Shown piece by piece: positions 27,571-41,760 of a stretch of 64,000 bases of DNA. Made by a program: the position numbers and the translations under genes. Source of the DNA: Eledone cirrhosa (Eukaryota); the NCBI GenBank assembly GCA_964016885.1, contig OZ024743.1, positions 292,950,001 to 293,014,000 of the forward strand. The letters run 5' to 3'. The notes under the pieces are model-generated. The model was not told where the DNA came from. It saw nothing but the letters and a program-made list of their open reading frames with translations, and did no database searches. Each line of letters begins with the position of its first letter. The first letter of the stretch is position 1.

Positions 27571-28329
27571 TATACTTTTTCTCATAGCTCATTTCGTGTT
27601 GTGTCTGCCTATAAAGGACTTACATCCAAACGAACATTTTAATTTCTCACTCCACCTTCTGTTTCTGTACATACTTTCTTTTCTTGGTCAATGTGTTAGA
27701 CTTTGTTTCTATCTCTTCTTTCCAGTTGCAGCACATTGGTTTGAGCAAATTTTATATGTTGATAGTCTAAAAGGACGAATCGTCCCGTCATGTGTACAGT
27801 TGTCATTATCCCATGTGCACTGGAACTAGAGATATCGACCTTAAAACATCGAAAAGACCTCAAACAGTCGACTGATAAGAAGGGACTGGTTTATCTTTCA
27901 TCCGTTTTTCCTTTGCCTTTCCCCACTTTTTTAAATACATTTTGTATGATGTTAACCACGTGGGACCATTTTTCAAATTGTGTGGGGTGTGTATGTGTGT
28001 GTGTGTGTGCAAGTGTGTCTATGTGGGTGTGTGTGTTTATACACATGGGAAATTTCGATTAATTGAAATAAATTTTGCAAAAGTCATTTAACATATCACC
28101 AATAAACTTGATCATATATCACATTTGTGTGTGTGTGTGAGCATGTGTGTCTGTATGCATGTGTGTGTGGGGTGGGTGGTGGTTGTTTATTTCGTAAATA
28201 TATGTATCAGTGAAGCATATAAAAAATGGTGACATTCGTGTCAAACTAGTCGTCAAAAATGCAGTGAACCAGTGATGGGCTCATATGAAAGTTGTAACCA
28301 AGATGGCACTGCTAACAAGTTTATATATT

Positions 28330-28678
<349 letters not shown>

Positions 28679-28952
28679 TTACTGTGGTTACCTCCGATTC
28701 AACCCGGAACAACGTTTATATATATATATATATATATATATTCATTTGCCAAAATCTGGGGTTTTTCCCTTGTGAGTTACACGTGCTTTTACAAAACACT
28801 GTGTCATCAACAACACTGGCGCAGAAAAAAATACCTGTTGATAACGTGATATTCCTCGTTCGATCATTATACCAAAAGCTTATTGTTTAAAGCAGACAGT
28901 ATTATTGATTTAGGTGTCGCAGAAACCCTGTACTGGATTTTAAAAATTATTA

Positions 28953-29205
28953 TTAATTGTCAATATTTTTTCGAAACTTGTACAATGCCTGGAATGTTTT
29001 ACCGAATTTTATTTGGCAGGTGGTAAATAATTCATTTTTCTTGTTAATTAAATTGTCATAATTTGTAATTATCAATAGAGTCTCAAGATTGCAAAGATTG
29101 CACTTTAGCGAAATGGAAGCGTTCCGATAGGAATTGGCATTTTTTAACCGAGTCCAAGACATGGAGTATTAAATATTCTTGTCCTTCAAAGACCATATTA
29201 ATTGA
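28953..29205 (-). pseudogene. PLE GIY-YIG endonuclease C-terminal fragment
   Basis: IWSLKDKNI...SWTRLKNANSYRNASISLKCNLCNLETLLII...LINKKNELFTTC, homologous to 43342-43554. Confidence 0.7.
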
Positions 29206-29239
29206 AGATCATATCTATTGTAAAACTGTATTCATTGAG

Positions 29240-29347
<108 letters not shown>

Positions 29348-29387
29348 GATATTAAACAAATGGAAACTATATTTATAAAACCATATT

Positions 29388-29453
29388 TATTTCATTATAC
29401 ATATTTCAGGGATACCATATTAAAAATATGGCATGCCTTCGTCAGATAAAATA
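29388..29453 (-). ncRNA. Type I hammerhead, AUA cleavage
   Basis: tattttat-CTGACGA-aggcatgccatattttt/aatatggtatccct-GAAAT-ATGT-ATA-atgaaata. Confidence 0.75.
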
Positions 29454-29854
29454 CAATATATAACCAGTTTTATAAATAATTTTGACGTACCATAAATATA
29501 GCGACAATTAAGGTAGGAGGCTGGCTTGGTAGTGAAGTGTTTATAAATATTTAGTGTTAATCACAGTTACAAATAAAGACGGAGAAAAAATAATAATAAT
29601 GATATAGGGGGAGGTGAAAATCAAGAGAGAAGCAAGAGAGAAACATGAGAGGCAAAGTCAAAACGACAGATACATAAACTTCATCATATATAAAGAGAGG
29701 GGAGAAGAAAGAGCTATATCTAGAGAGGGGGATGATAGAGTTACATCTTTACGTCATGTCCTATCAATTTGAATTATCAATTCATATGAACTGGGTAATA
29801 TAATGTAAATATCAATATTCATGAATGAGATATATATATATATATATATATAAA

Positions 29855-29950
29855 TGACTTCTACAGAACTAGTGTTGTTTCAATCGCTTGGAAATCTTCA
29901 GAAAGTGAGTGCACTTAACTATGGTTACCCCTCGACACAACACGGGAATC
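29855..29950 (-). mobile_element. Diverged family K fragment with hammerhead
   Basis: cttt-CTGAAGA-tttccaagcgatt-GAAAC-aacactagttct-GTA-gaag, followed by a plus-strand end piece atggttacccctcg. Confidence 0.6.
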
Positions 29951-30776
29951 GGCATATTGTATATGTATATATATATATATATATACACAAACACACAATA
30001 TGTAGGATGACCTTGTTATTCGATTATCCAGGCTTCTCCTTCTGTGAGCCCCTGTAATAATGCTGACCTTGCTTGGGAACTGCTTTAAGGTTTATGCTTG
30101 TCGTATGGAATACACAACCACTTGCACGTTAATTTAATGGCTAGGCCACTCAGTTGAATGAACACATCAACTGTAACACATCGGCGAAACCGACGGAGAT
30201 CCATTTATATTATTTATGATTAATTTATCAGCAAATGAATACAAATTCTACAAAGATCTATGTATCTACAAATAATTGACATTTTACCTCCTTTCTTTTT
30301 CAGGAGTAGTATACCCGATGTATGGTGTACCTAGTGTCTAGTTTTAGGATAATACGGAGATTTACTGCTATTTCTAACGTATCACACTAACATTTAGTGA
30401 GTGACACTTGTTAATGCCTCCTTTCTTAGTTTTAAATGCGGAGTAAAGGTGGTGGTATATTTTCCCTTCAGTAAGATATGTATTAGAAATATGGAATGAA
30501 AAAGTAGGGTAGGGGTGGTGTAAAAGTTTTAGTAGAAGGTATATAACCCTTATATCTATTAAATGCATGGCTACCCAAGCAGAAATGATGGCACGGAATG
30601 CGAGTTCGGTTCATATGTGTTTTTTTGTGTGCCAGAATATCTGTATGTATATATATGTGTGTGTGTGTGTGTGGAGGGGGGATACAGAATATAAACATGC
30701 ACACAGATATGATACGTATGTATGTATGTATGTATGTATGTATGTATGTATGTATGTATGTATGTGCGTGTGCGTA

Positions 30777-30811
<35 letters not shown>

Positions 30812-31539
30812 GTAATAATAATGTTTCTACTTTTGGCACAAGGCCAGCAATTTACCAGTGTATTACTGGTACTTTAATTTATCGACCCCGTATGAATGGT
30901 TACGCCTTCATAACGTTTATATATATATTTATTTATTTATTTATTTATTTATTATTGCTATTATTACTGTTGTTGTTGTTATATTATATTATAAAAATGC
31001 TGTGACATTGATTTCAGAAAGTGAATTTAAAAGAAGCGTATTACTTACATGAAAATAATTTCGGATAAAAGAGTATTTATGATATAAAACTAAACGGGCA
31101 TTCGTCTGTTTCGACGATAGATGTTCCAGTTGTTTAGTCATCGGATTAGCCTACACGTTACATTTACATGTAGTTAGCTGAGTATTCTATAAACACGAAT
31201 ACTCTTCCGAAATGGAATTACCTTCACAGTGGGCTAAAACTGGTCTTTTGAATGCCTCAGGCCATTCATAAATTGTTTCAGTCTTCCCTATTTTGCTAAC
31301 ATCGTTTGGATTGTCTTGAGACTATAGAAAGATGCTACGCAGTGGGTTTGAATCCGTAACCTTACGGTTCGGAAGTTGTCTGCTTAACTCTTTGACGATA
31401 TTATATATAAAGTCTTCTTCTTCTTCTTTCAGTCATCTTTTCCTTTCAGACATGCTGTCCTGCGAACTACATTGTCCTTCACTTTTTAATGAGCCAGCGA
31501 GAGCATCTTCCCCTACTAGTAATAATAACCAAATCATGT

Positions 31540-31830
31540 CTTCTTCTTCTTCTTCTTCTTCTTGGGAAGGTCGAGAGCAGAATTCTCAAGCCTATCTTGC
31601 AGCCGGTCCTGTCAGAAGCAGTCATCACTAATTGATCCGGCTGAATCCCCAAGCGAGAGAAGTGCATCCTCATGAGATGAAATCCCATGACTAAAACAGA
31701 ATTCAAATAAGGCCTCTCCATTCCTATCTAGATCACCGTGTATCCAAATCACCAGGTATTCAGGGGCCAAATGTCAGGTATTCAGTGGCCAACGTGTGCA
31801 TTGAAATCTCACATTAGGATATATGACTTA
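31540..31830 (-). mobile_element. RTE-family 3' end fragment with (GAA)n tail
   Basis: (TTC)n followed by the reverse complement of cagccggatcaa, as at 23644. Confidence 0.55.
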
Positions 31831-32942
31831 ATCGTATCTACAGCTAACGTTGCAGTGACTTGATGAATGAGAGATCTGTTTTCGGTCTATCTGTTTGGCG
31901 CATAAAATTGCACCACCGACAAAGTACCTTCTCTCAGCTTCAACTTCAAGAGGAAAATCCTCCTTCAGAAACCCATATATATATACGTGAGTGGAGAGGA
32001 GATGTTTGTATAACATATATATATATATAACGCGTGTGAAGCGTTATTTTTCTTTATTTTTTTGTGGGCGTGTCTTTTAATATCAAAATATATCGGCTGA
32101 AGATTAAACGATTTTACACAGCTATATACAGACATACTAAAACACGATAATGAAATATGAATACATTTATACAGTCAAGCAGATAAAGATAGAGAAACCA
32201 GTGGAAGTGATACACACACATACAATCATAGATATTCAGATATGTACAAATGCCATAACATATATGTTCAACTGTAACATCAATTAAGTAAATAGTGATA
32301 TAAAGAGTATCCAATATGGTTAGTTAGAGTGTAATGATATTTTACCCGAAATGGTACCTTCAAAAAGTGCTATCACGAGTTTCAAATTGTCACTATCGTC
32401 AAGCGATGATAAATTATTTCATTATATATCCATATATCCATCTATCTATGTATATATGGAATTTGCTGCCCAACCGGCAAGGAGTCAGCCGTCGGGCCGC
32501 AACTGTCTAAAATGTACACTCTACTATCCCAAGTATTGAGTACTCTGCAGTATAATGGTCTTACCTGTTTAAAACTAGTAAAATCCTGATACAAGAAATG
32601 AAGGTAGAGAGAGGGTGAGCTGAAATTAAGATCAAAATTGCTTTCAACAAAGTCTCTAAGGTGTGAAGAAAATAGTGGTTATTGTTGTTGTTTTTATGTT
32701 ATTGTTATTGTTTTTTCTATCCTCAGGTAAACTCAGATTGAGGAAAATTATACGATAAAAGTGATTCCAGCCGTGACCATTTCATCCTTTAAAAGAGTTG
32801 AGAACAAATTAATCTTGTATAATGTGTTTTCTGCGGTGATATAAGTGTAGATAGGCTGGCGTGTATATATGTGTACATATAAGTATGTGCATGCATACAT
32901 ACATATATATATACATACATACATTCATGCATATATGTGTGG

Positions 32943-33021
<79 letters not shown>

Positions 33022-33470
33022 AATATTAGAATACTGCGAGTGTAAACTTAATATTCTATAAAACTCATTAAATCTACGTAAATCAATGGATTATATTAAT
33101 CACTTCAATTAAATATATATAATAAATTTAAAATATATTTGTTTAAACATAATAACAAACATTATTAATTTATTAAAACAAATAATTAACTATTTATAAA
33201 AATTAGACTAAAACTTTATAAATTAATTATTTCATTATAATACTTCAATATGGATGCAGTGTGGTTAATTAGTTAAGCAATTTGCTTCACAAATGTAAGG
33301 TTCCTGATTTCATCTCGCAGCGTGACATCTTCGACAAGTGTTTTTATTTGTTTTCTTCTCCAATAGCCTTCAATGGACTCAAGTCATGTAAACAGATTTG
33401 TGTAGAAGGAAACTGCTTCGAAGTCCATCCGATGACCTGGACTTGTAATATAATAGGTCAGTATTGTATC

Positions 33471-33642
33471 TATAGCTGCCAACCTCTAAAAACCCAAACG
33501 AGGAGTACCATGAAAAAAGAGCCCCAAAACGGGGAGACATGAGGCAAAATGGGGAGATTTTACATAATGAAAGCTATACCCATTTTCACAACCCAAAGTG
33601 AGTGGGAGATCTCCTCGTCGGACGGGGTGAGTTGATAGGTCT
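33471..33642. mobile_element. Possible hAT-like MITE
   Basis: Imperfect TIRs tatagctgccaac / gttgataggtctg. Confidence 0.4.
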
Positions 33643-34249
33643 GATTGTAACACTGTATTACGCTGAATCCCTCTGAGAATTAATTACCTTATGAGTACAT
33701 ATGTCTAGGGTATCTTCAACGTTAATTTTTTTTAGTAAGCTGTTCATAGTTTTATTACATCAAATTTGAGATTGTGGAGAAAGGCATTAGCTCATGGTGG
33801 ATTCGTAGAGACAAATGAGGCATTTTAAACCTGGTGGAGCTCATCCCTCTCCAGATCTGACAAAGTCGATTTCTTCTAGAAAAGAAGAGAATATAAGAGA
33901 AAGTGTTAATGAGAAGTAGATGAAGAAAATTCCCTGGTACTGGACTAGTACTTTATTTGTCGATCTCGAAAGGATGAAAGGCAATATTTGAACTCGGAGC
34001 GCAGTGAGTCATATCAAATGCCAAGGCCGTGACGGCACTGCCAACTCGCCACCTTACATCATGTAGAGATATCATCAAATCCATGGGCTTGGTATTCATT
34101 GAGGTATTATTCCCTTTTTTGTCCCCATAGCTAGAGAGAAGTTTATATATTGGCAGTCGTTAGTACACAGCTTTTTATTCCAGCTTTCTACGCTACGAGT
34201 TCAAACCCCGCGAAAGTCAACGTTGCCGTTCATCCCTTTGGCTTTGTTA

Positions 34250-35510
34250 AAATAATGATTTCTTATTTAGGTACAAAGCCAGCAATTTGGGGGAGGGGAA
34301 AGTCAATTAAATCGACCGCAGTGCGTGACTGGTACTTTATTTTATCGACCCCATAAGGATGAAAGGCAAAGTTAACCTCGGCGAGATTTGAACTCAGATC
34401 ATAACGTGGCATAACTCTATGCTGCAAAGCATGGTGTCCGATGTTCTACCGATACTGCTAATCCACAGCCCTTGCCTTCGTTAAAATAATGTACATGTAT
34501 ACGGCAATTAATTGATGGAATTATTGATGTTGAATGATATAACTTGCGATATTTGTTCTGACACATGAGTTCAAATCCCATAGTTAATTACTAGGATAGC
34601 AAAAATAATCCGTCACTCGTTTTTAAGACCCAATAAGGGCTTTTGGTGATTGTTATCCATTGATGATTTTACCATTCAATACAAGATTCCAGTTTCAAGA
34701 CACCCTCTTCCCTTCCACTGGTTTTTGAGGTACTGTAAATTTAGGCTGAACCAGATTAGATATGCTTGCGATAGTTAATCCGAGATATTATAGAATTAAG
34801 ATCTTCCACATTTAACCGTAGTACCAAAATGCAGAGTGCTCAGTATTAATGATTTCTGCTATAGGCACAAGGCCAGTAATTTGGGGGGAGGGGAAAGTCA
34901 ATTAAATCGACGCCAGTATGATACTGGTACTTTATTTTATCGACCCCGTAAGGATGAAAGGCAAAGTTAACCTCGGCGCGATTTGAACTGAGACCGTAAA
35001 GGGCCATAACTCTATGTTGTAAAATATAGCGTCAGACCCTCTACCGATACTGCCAATCCACCGCCCCAAGAGTGCTCACTAATAATGGTTTCTTATATAG
35101 GCACAAGGCCAGTAATTTTGGGGGGAGGGGAAAGTCGATTAAATCGACCCTCAGTGCGTGACTGGTACTTTATTTTATTGATCCCGTAAGGATGAAAGGC
35201 AAAGTTAACCTCGGCGGGATTTGAACTCAGATCATAAAGGGCCGCAACTCTATGCTGCAAAGCATGGCGTCCGACCCTCTACCGATACTGCCAATCCATG
35301 GCCTGAAATACATAATGTATAATTGTTTCTACTTTTGGCACAAGGCCATCAATTACCCAGTGCATTACTGGTACTTTATTTTATCGACCCCGTAAGGATG
35401 AAAGGCAAAGTTAACCTCGGTGGGATTTGAACTCAGACCGCAAAGGGACGTAACTATGCTGGAAAGCATGGCGTCCGACCCTCTACCGATACTGCCAAGC
35501 CACCACCATA
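34250..35510 (-). mobile_element. Cluster of four tRNA-derived Nin/Deu-domain SINEs (34250-34470, 34845-35070, 35080-35300, 35320-35505)
   Basis: Repeated ggcacaaggccag...ctggtactttattttatcgaccccgtaaggatgaaaggcaaagttaacctcgg...tttgaactcag...ctaccgatactgccaatcc. Confidence 0.88.
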
Positions 35511-36569
35511 CATAATGTATAATATTGGTTTGTTGTGCATTTCTGCAGACACTTCGATCGGAATGCATTTCCTGGTGTAATTCACAAAATTCTATATTGA
35601 TTGCTCTTGACAAAAAGCGGTGATTATGTTTATTGAGTAATTAACGAATACAACTAACATCACTAAACCTATAACTCGTTACACATATCCATAAAAGGGA
35701 AGCTCTGTATGTTTTGTAAGAATATAGATATGCACCAAATTTACACTCCAAGACTCAGCATTGGGTATGGGGTGTTTTGTGTGTGTGTGTGTGTGTGTAA
35801 GTGTACGTGTGTGTATGTGCATGTGTGCGTGCGTGTGTGTGTGTGTATGTGAGTGAGTGCGCGTGAGTGTAGGGGGCCTGTGTATGAGTGTATGTCTGTG
35901 TGTGCGAGTTCATGTGTGCGCGCATGCACGTGTGTGCATGTGTGTGCGTGCTTGAGTGCCCGTGTATGTATGCTCGTGTGTGTGTGATTGTGCATATGTC
36001 CGCGCATGTGTGTATGTGAGAGAGAATATGGAAGACCTGCAGATTTCTATACATGCAGGTCTCTACACTGCATACTACAGATGTTATCTCAGATAAAGAA
36101 AATATACGAAACAGTTTATCCTACTCCAAATTGAACCCCAAATACTAAAATCATCCTGCCCAACGCCCTAACAATATTGTCAACACCGCGCTCTGGACTG
36201 ATACTTTGTTTCATCGACGCCGAAAAAATGAAAGAGAAAGTTGACCTCGGTAGGATTTGAACTTAGAGCACTGACGACCGGAACAAAACTTGCTAGGTAC
36301 TTAATCTGATGCTGTAACAACTCAGCAATACACTTATCCATGACTATAGGTCCTAATGGAGTTATAGGAGCACCGTCTCGACAAACGGTGCCCCTTGGGC
36401 ATTTTAAATCTAACAGAGTACGTCCTCCCCGGGTCAGCAGACAGCTGATTTCTTCCAGAGAGAAAATAAGAGAGAGAGAGAAAATGATATAGAGAACGAG
36501 AGAGAGGTGATGATAAAGAGAGATAGAGAAGAAAATTTACCCCGAGTATTTGTCAAGTATTGTATTTAT

Positions 36570-36930
36570 CATGGCAGTGGATTGTCAGAATCGGTAGAGC
36601 GTCGGACCACAATCTTGGCACCATAGAGTTACGGCACTTTACGTTCGAATTTCAAATCCCACGGAGGTTAATCTTGCCTTTCATCCTTATGGAGTCGATA
36701 AAATAAAGTACCAGTAACGCACTGGGGTCGATGTAATTGACTTTCCCCTCCCCTAAAATTGCTGGCCTTGTACCTAAATCAGCAACATTTATTATTATTA
36801 TTTGCCTCTCGTTGTTATCAATAACGTTCTGTTTTAAAATAAAGTACCTGTAATGCACTGGAGCAGATTTAATCGGCTTCCCCTTTTCCTAAAAATTGTT
36901 GGCCTTGTGCCTAAATCAGAAACCATAGTA
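36570..36930 (+). mobile_element. Same SINE family, plus strand, full copy plus partial second copy
   Basis: ggcagtggattgtcagaatcggtagagc...ttcaaatccc...gcctttcatccttatggagtcgataaaataaagtaccagt...gctggccttgtacctaaatc. Confidence 0.82.
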
Positions 36931-37311
36931 TTTATCGAATTTAAAAAGAAAGTTGACCCCGTTAAAATTTGAACACAGGATGCAATGAACCGGAACAAAT
37001 ACCGAGGCACTTTCAATCCGGCGCTCAAACGGTTCTGCCACTTCACCACATTATCCCTTACATTAAATAGGTATTTAAATGTCACCAATGCCTGGCAGTT
37101 ATATTCCATATAATGTTGTGTATAGATATTTACTCTGGCCCAGATATATATAATGAGACAAGGTCGTCTGATCAGTATTTGAGATGAGATTAGAAGACTT
37201 TTCAGAATATGTAAATATGCATGTGTGTGTGTGTATGTGTGTGGACGTGTGTGTGAGTGCGCTCATGTTTGGACGTGCGTGTTTGGACGTATATGTGTCA
37301 ATCTGTATACC

Positions 37312-37457
<146 letters not shown>

Positions 37458-37529
37458 TATAGGTATATATACATAGGCATATAAAGAGTGAATATATATA
37501 TATATATAAAGTATATATATGTATATATA

Positions 37530-37631
<102 letters not shown>

Positions 37632-37774
37632 ATATATATGTAGATGTGTGTGTGCATAAATATATATATATATAAATTCACTCTTTATATGCATACACGC
37701 ACATACAAAAAGACAGGCAGAGACAGACAAACAGATAGTCAAACAGGTAGACACATAGATAGAGAGTTAGATAT

Positions 37775-38570
37775 GTTTCTTTATTAGCCACAGGGGCACA
37801 AAGGAAGGGGACAAATACAAAGGGGGAAGTTTACATACAATAAAAACGTGTAAAATACTATCACAAATGCAATTTAAAAATTAATCGATTTTCCCCAAAA
37901 GAGGGAGACATTACATATGGGTAACACATACCCCCGAAAAAATGTACAATCCTCATCTCCAGGAGTACGAAGAGTGTGTACTCCCTTCCTCCCTTCCTCT
38001 TTTTCCTCAACCTACAGGCTGATATAGAGAGAAGGCCCATTCACTCGGGCCATTCTCGCCACTTTCACCCACCTTACATAAAACCTGCTGGGGTACAGCA
38101 CCTCTCTCTCCATCCTGATTCTTCTTCCAACGTGGTATTTGAAAAAACGAATCAGTTGTTGGCCGGAGAGAAAGGTGTCTGACCTCATCCCTTTTAACCT
38201 CGTCCACCATGCAACCTCTTTCGCCATAGCTACACACAAATGAAAACCGCCTCTCCTTCGTTTTTGAAGGAGGGTGGCGGTTTGATCATGACAAAGGACT
38301 CGGTGGTCAACTAGATTGGTCCCAACCGCGACAATAGTCGTTCTACATAGCCCCACAGATCGGTAACGCCCGGACAGTGTACGAATGCGTGCGTGACGGT
38401 TTCTTCGTCTCGCACGCATCTCGGACAGATCTTTTTCGAAGGGTCCCTGCCCTACCGAATAGACTGGCCAGTTCGTCTTCTTCTACGCCTAGAATATCTC
38501 CAAGCGCGTCGTCGCACTTGCTGCGGACCAACCCTCTATAGAATGACGAAGTGGAGTATCCACTGATCGC
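37775..38570 (-). mobile_element. 5'-truncated Tx1-like copy (ORF2 C-terminus + 3' UTR)
   Basis: Homologous to 9650-10530 and 51253-52140 (WWTRLKG...RIRMEREV...VNGPSLYISL). Flanked by TAGA-type repeats on both sides. Confidence 0.9.
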
Positions 38571-38605
38571 TAGATAGATAGATAGGTAGATAGGTAGATA
38601 GATAA

Positions 38606-38640
<35 letters not shown>

Positions 38641-38751
38641 CATACATACATACATACATACATACATACATACATACATACATACATACATACATACTCA
38701 CATACATACATTTACATGCATGTATATGTATAATGTGTGTAGGTGTCTATA

Positions 38752-38799
<48 letters not shown>

Positions 38800-38801
<2 letters not shown>

Positions 38802-39019
38802 AACCAGTAAGACCCCGACAGCTGAGCTCAAGCCGTTTCGACGGCTAATTCTGGACTCCAGAATTAGCCGTCCAGAATTAGCCGTCCAGAATTAGCCGTC
38901 GAAACGGCTTGAGCTCAGCTGTCGGGGTCTTACTGGTTCCTATTACCCACTCTACTACCTCAAGTATTGAGTACTTTGGTGCGTTATGGTCCACCTGGTT
39001 CCTTACCACATTTCCTTCG

Positions 39020-39021
<2 letters not shown>
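38800..39021. mobile_element. Family B fold-back insert with triplicated 14-mer at the junction
   Basis: Short arm minus, (ccagaattagccgt)x3, then long arm plus ending ccttcgtta. Confidence 0.82.
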
Positions 39022-39076
<55 letters not shown>

Positions 39077-39330
39077 ATAAACAACATAAGATAATTATTT
39101 CATTTACCAGTGGTTTCTTGAAAACAGATATATCTGTTTTCAATCGTAAGAATGAATAAAACATGGTGTTTTTTATAAAATATGGATTTGAAAACAAAAT
39201 ATAAGAAATATGAAAGTGAGGCTGAGGAAAAAACGGGTGAAGAAGAGAAAAAAAAGAAAAAAAGAAAAATACATATGTATATATGAAAACAATAAATATA
39301 TAAACATACCCACACTCAACCACGCGCCAT

Positions 39331-39448
<118 letters not shown>

Positions 39449-39529
39449 CTGTAGGTTCAGCCGGCTGAGCACTCGATGTTTAGCTTCATGTCAGTATTGA
39501 GGTGTAGAGCTAGACAGAGTGTAATATAA

Positions 39530-39693
39530 TAATACAAGGACGAATGGTTACTTCATTATGTTTATTGGTTGTTGACACGCGTTTCGCTACTGATCAGCTG
39601 AAGGTTCGATCTGTATCGATCTAGCCCGACTCAGGAATCAAAAGCTCGTCAGACTTCTGTCATTACTACTACAGGAGTAACCATTCGTCCTAA

Positions 39694-39700
<7 letters not shown>
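39530..39700. mobile_element. Inverted-repeat insert with minus-strand hammerhead at 39571-39655
   Basis: Arms aggacgaatggttact / agtaaccattcgtcct. CTGACGA-gct...agc-GAAAC-GCGT-GTC, with weak helix I. Confidence 0.65.
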
Positions 39701-39750
<50 letters not shown>

Positions 39751-40060
39751 TATAGTAATAATAATAAATTTGAAGACTAAAATCCAAAGAGGGCTCGATA
39801 AGCACCGATTCTTTGCTTACACTTTAATCTGTTATTTTAATAAATATATATATATATAAATGAAATAACAGGAGGCTGGACTGGTGTAAATCCTTGAAAG
39901 CTTTATTATACTATGATCATTTCAATGACTGCGTCGAGTACTCTTCACAATATTACACCAGGATTGACTATACGGAATGACCAGTTCTATCCAGTGGTGA
40001 ACCAACAAACCTTAAGAAATATATATATATTGCTTAAACTTTAATCTGTTATTTTAATAA

Positions 40061-40151
<91 letters not shown>

Positions 40152-40154
<3 letters not shown>

Positions 40155-40468
40155 AGTGTAACCCCAGCATTCGCTGTCCCGGTTATTCGTAAAATGTTTG
40201 TAGAACCTAAATAATAATTGTTCGTCGAGACTACCGCATATTCGCGATATTCCAAGATTTTATTATCGCCTTTCTCATGGCAATAAATATTTGTTCACGC
40301 TTTTTAACGGTAAATTATTAATAACAATATGCGGTATTTCCTGGTTTATATTTTACTTTGTTTTGACACTTACGGGAATTTTTATGGACCATCTCATATA
40401 TTCGCGGTTTTTCACTCTTCGCGGATGCTGTCGGAACGTAACCACCGCGAAGATCAGGTGACAACTGT
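40152..40468. mobile_element. pogo/Tigger-like MITE
   Basis: TA-CAGT...ACTG termini. The right end in reverse complement is cagttgtcacctgatcttcgcggtggttacgttcc. Confidence 0.55.
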
Positions 40469-40655
40469 TTATTTGTATATAAATATATAACAAAGAAAGT
40501 GTGGTAAGGAACCAGTAGGACCATAATGCATATATAAATTAGTAGAACACTGGTGGGTCATATACCTAGTCGTAGACCACTCATTCCATGGGACGAGTTT
40601 CGTAGAAGTATTTCCACAACAGTTAATTCGCAATTTCCGCGAACAATTTATACGA

Positions 40656-40726
<71 letters not shown>

Positions 40727-40769
40727 TATATGTGTGTATATATGTGTATATATATATGTATATGTATAC

Positions 40770-40875
<106 letters not shown>

Positions 40876-40887
40876 GTGTGTATATGT

Positions 40888-41760
40888 AATGCGCCCAAAC
40901 TATGCCAACCTTTTCGTTGGCCATGTTGAGGCCCAAATCTTTTCCCAGTACACCGGCCCCACGCCCGAACTGTACGGTCGTTACATCGACGACTGTATCG
41001 GAGCCACGACCCTCACCCGAGAACAGCTCGACTCCTTTCTCTCCTTCTTCTGGTCCTTCCACCCCTCCCGCCACTTCACCACCTCTATCTCCACCACCCC
41101 CGTCCACTTCTTAGACATCTCCGTCGCCTTCGACCCCTCCCACCACTCCCTCGTCACCTCCGCCTTCTTCAAACCCACCGACTCCCACTCCTACCTCGAC
41201 TTCACCTCTTCCCACCCTACACACACTAAACACTCTATTCCCTACTCCCAACTCCTCAGGATCCGCCGCCTCTGCAGCCGAGATGCTGAATTTGAGTCTC
41301 AGGCCCTTTCCCTAGTCAGCCATTTCATCCGCAGAGGTTACACCCCTCCTTCGTCCACACCGCCCTCACTCGCGCCCGTGCTGTCCACCGCTCCACCACC
41401 CTTACCCCACGCCACCGCATACCCACCCACCGTATCCCCTTCCCCATCACCTACCACCCCTCCACCATACCCCTCTACCGTACCATCCTCCCCCTCTTCC
41501 GACACCTCCAGTCCGAATCCTCCACCTCCCACATCTTCCCAGCCCCACCACTCCCCTCGTTCAAACGCGCACACAATCTCCGCACCCTCCTCGTCCGAGC
41601 CCCCCCCCCCAACCCACGCCCCCCCCCCCGGTTCCCTTCCCTGTTCCAGGTCTCGTTGCAACACCTGTCCCCACATCACCAACACCACCGCCTTCCGTTG
41701 CACCTCTTCTAACCTAGTCTATGAACTTCGCTGCACGGAGTGCAGCGAAGTTCATATCCC
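40888..41760 (+). pseudogene. Penelope-like element RT C-terminal half, Cys linker and start of GIY-YIG, frameshifted
   Basis: PNYANLF, YGRYIDD, FLDI, KPTDSHSYL..SSHP...SIPYSQLLRIRRLCS, CSRSRCNTC, CTSSNLVYELRCTEC. Confidence 0.9.

Noticed and set aside
39908-39952. Minus-strand GTGAAGA...GAAATGATCATA motif
   Set aside because: Plausible decayed HHR, but C3 is mutated and helix I is weak, so not listed as a feature.
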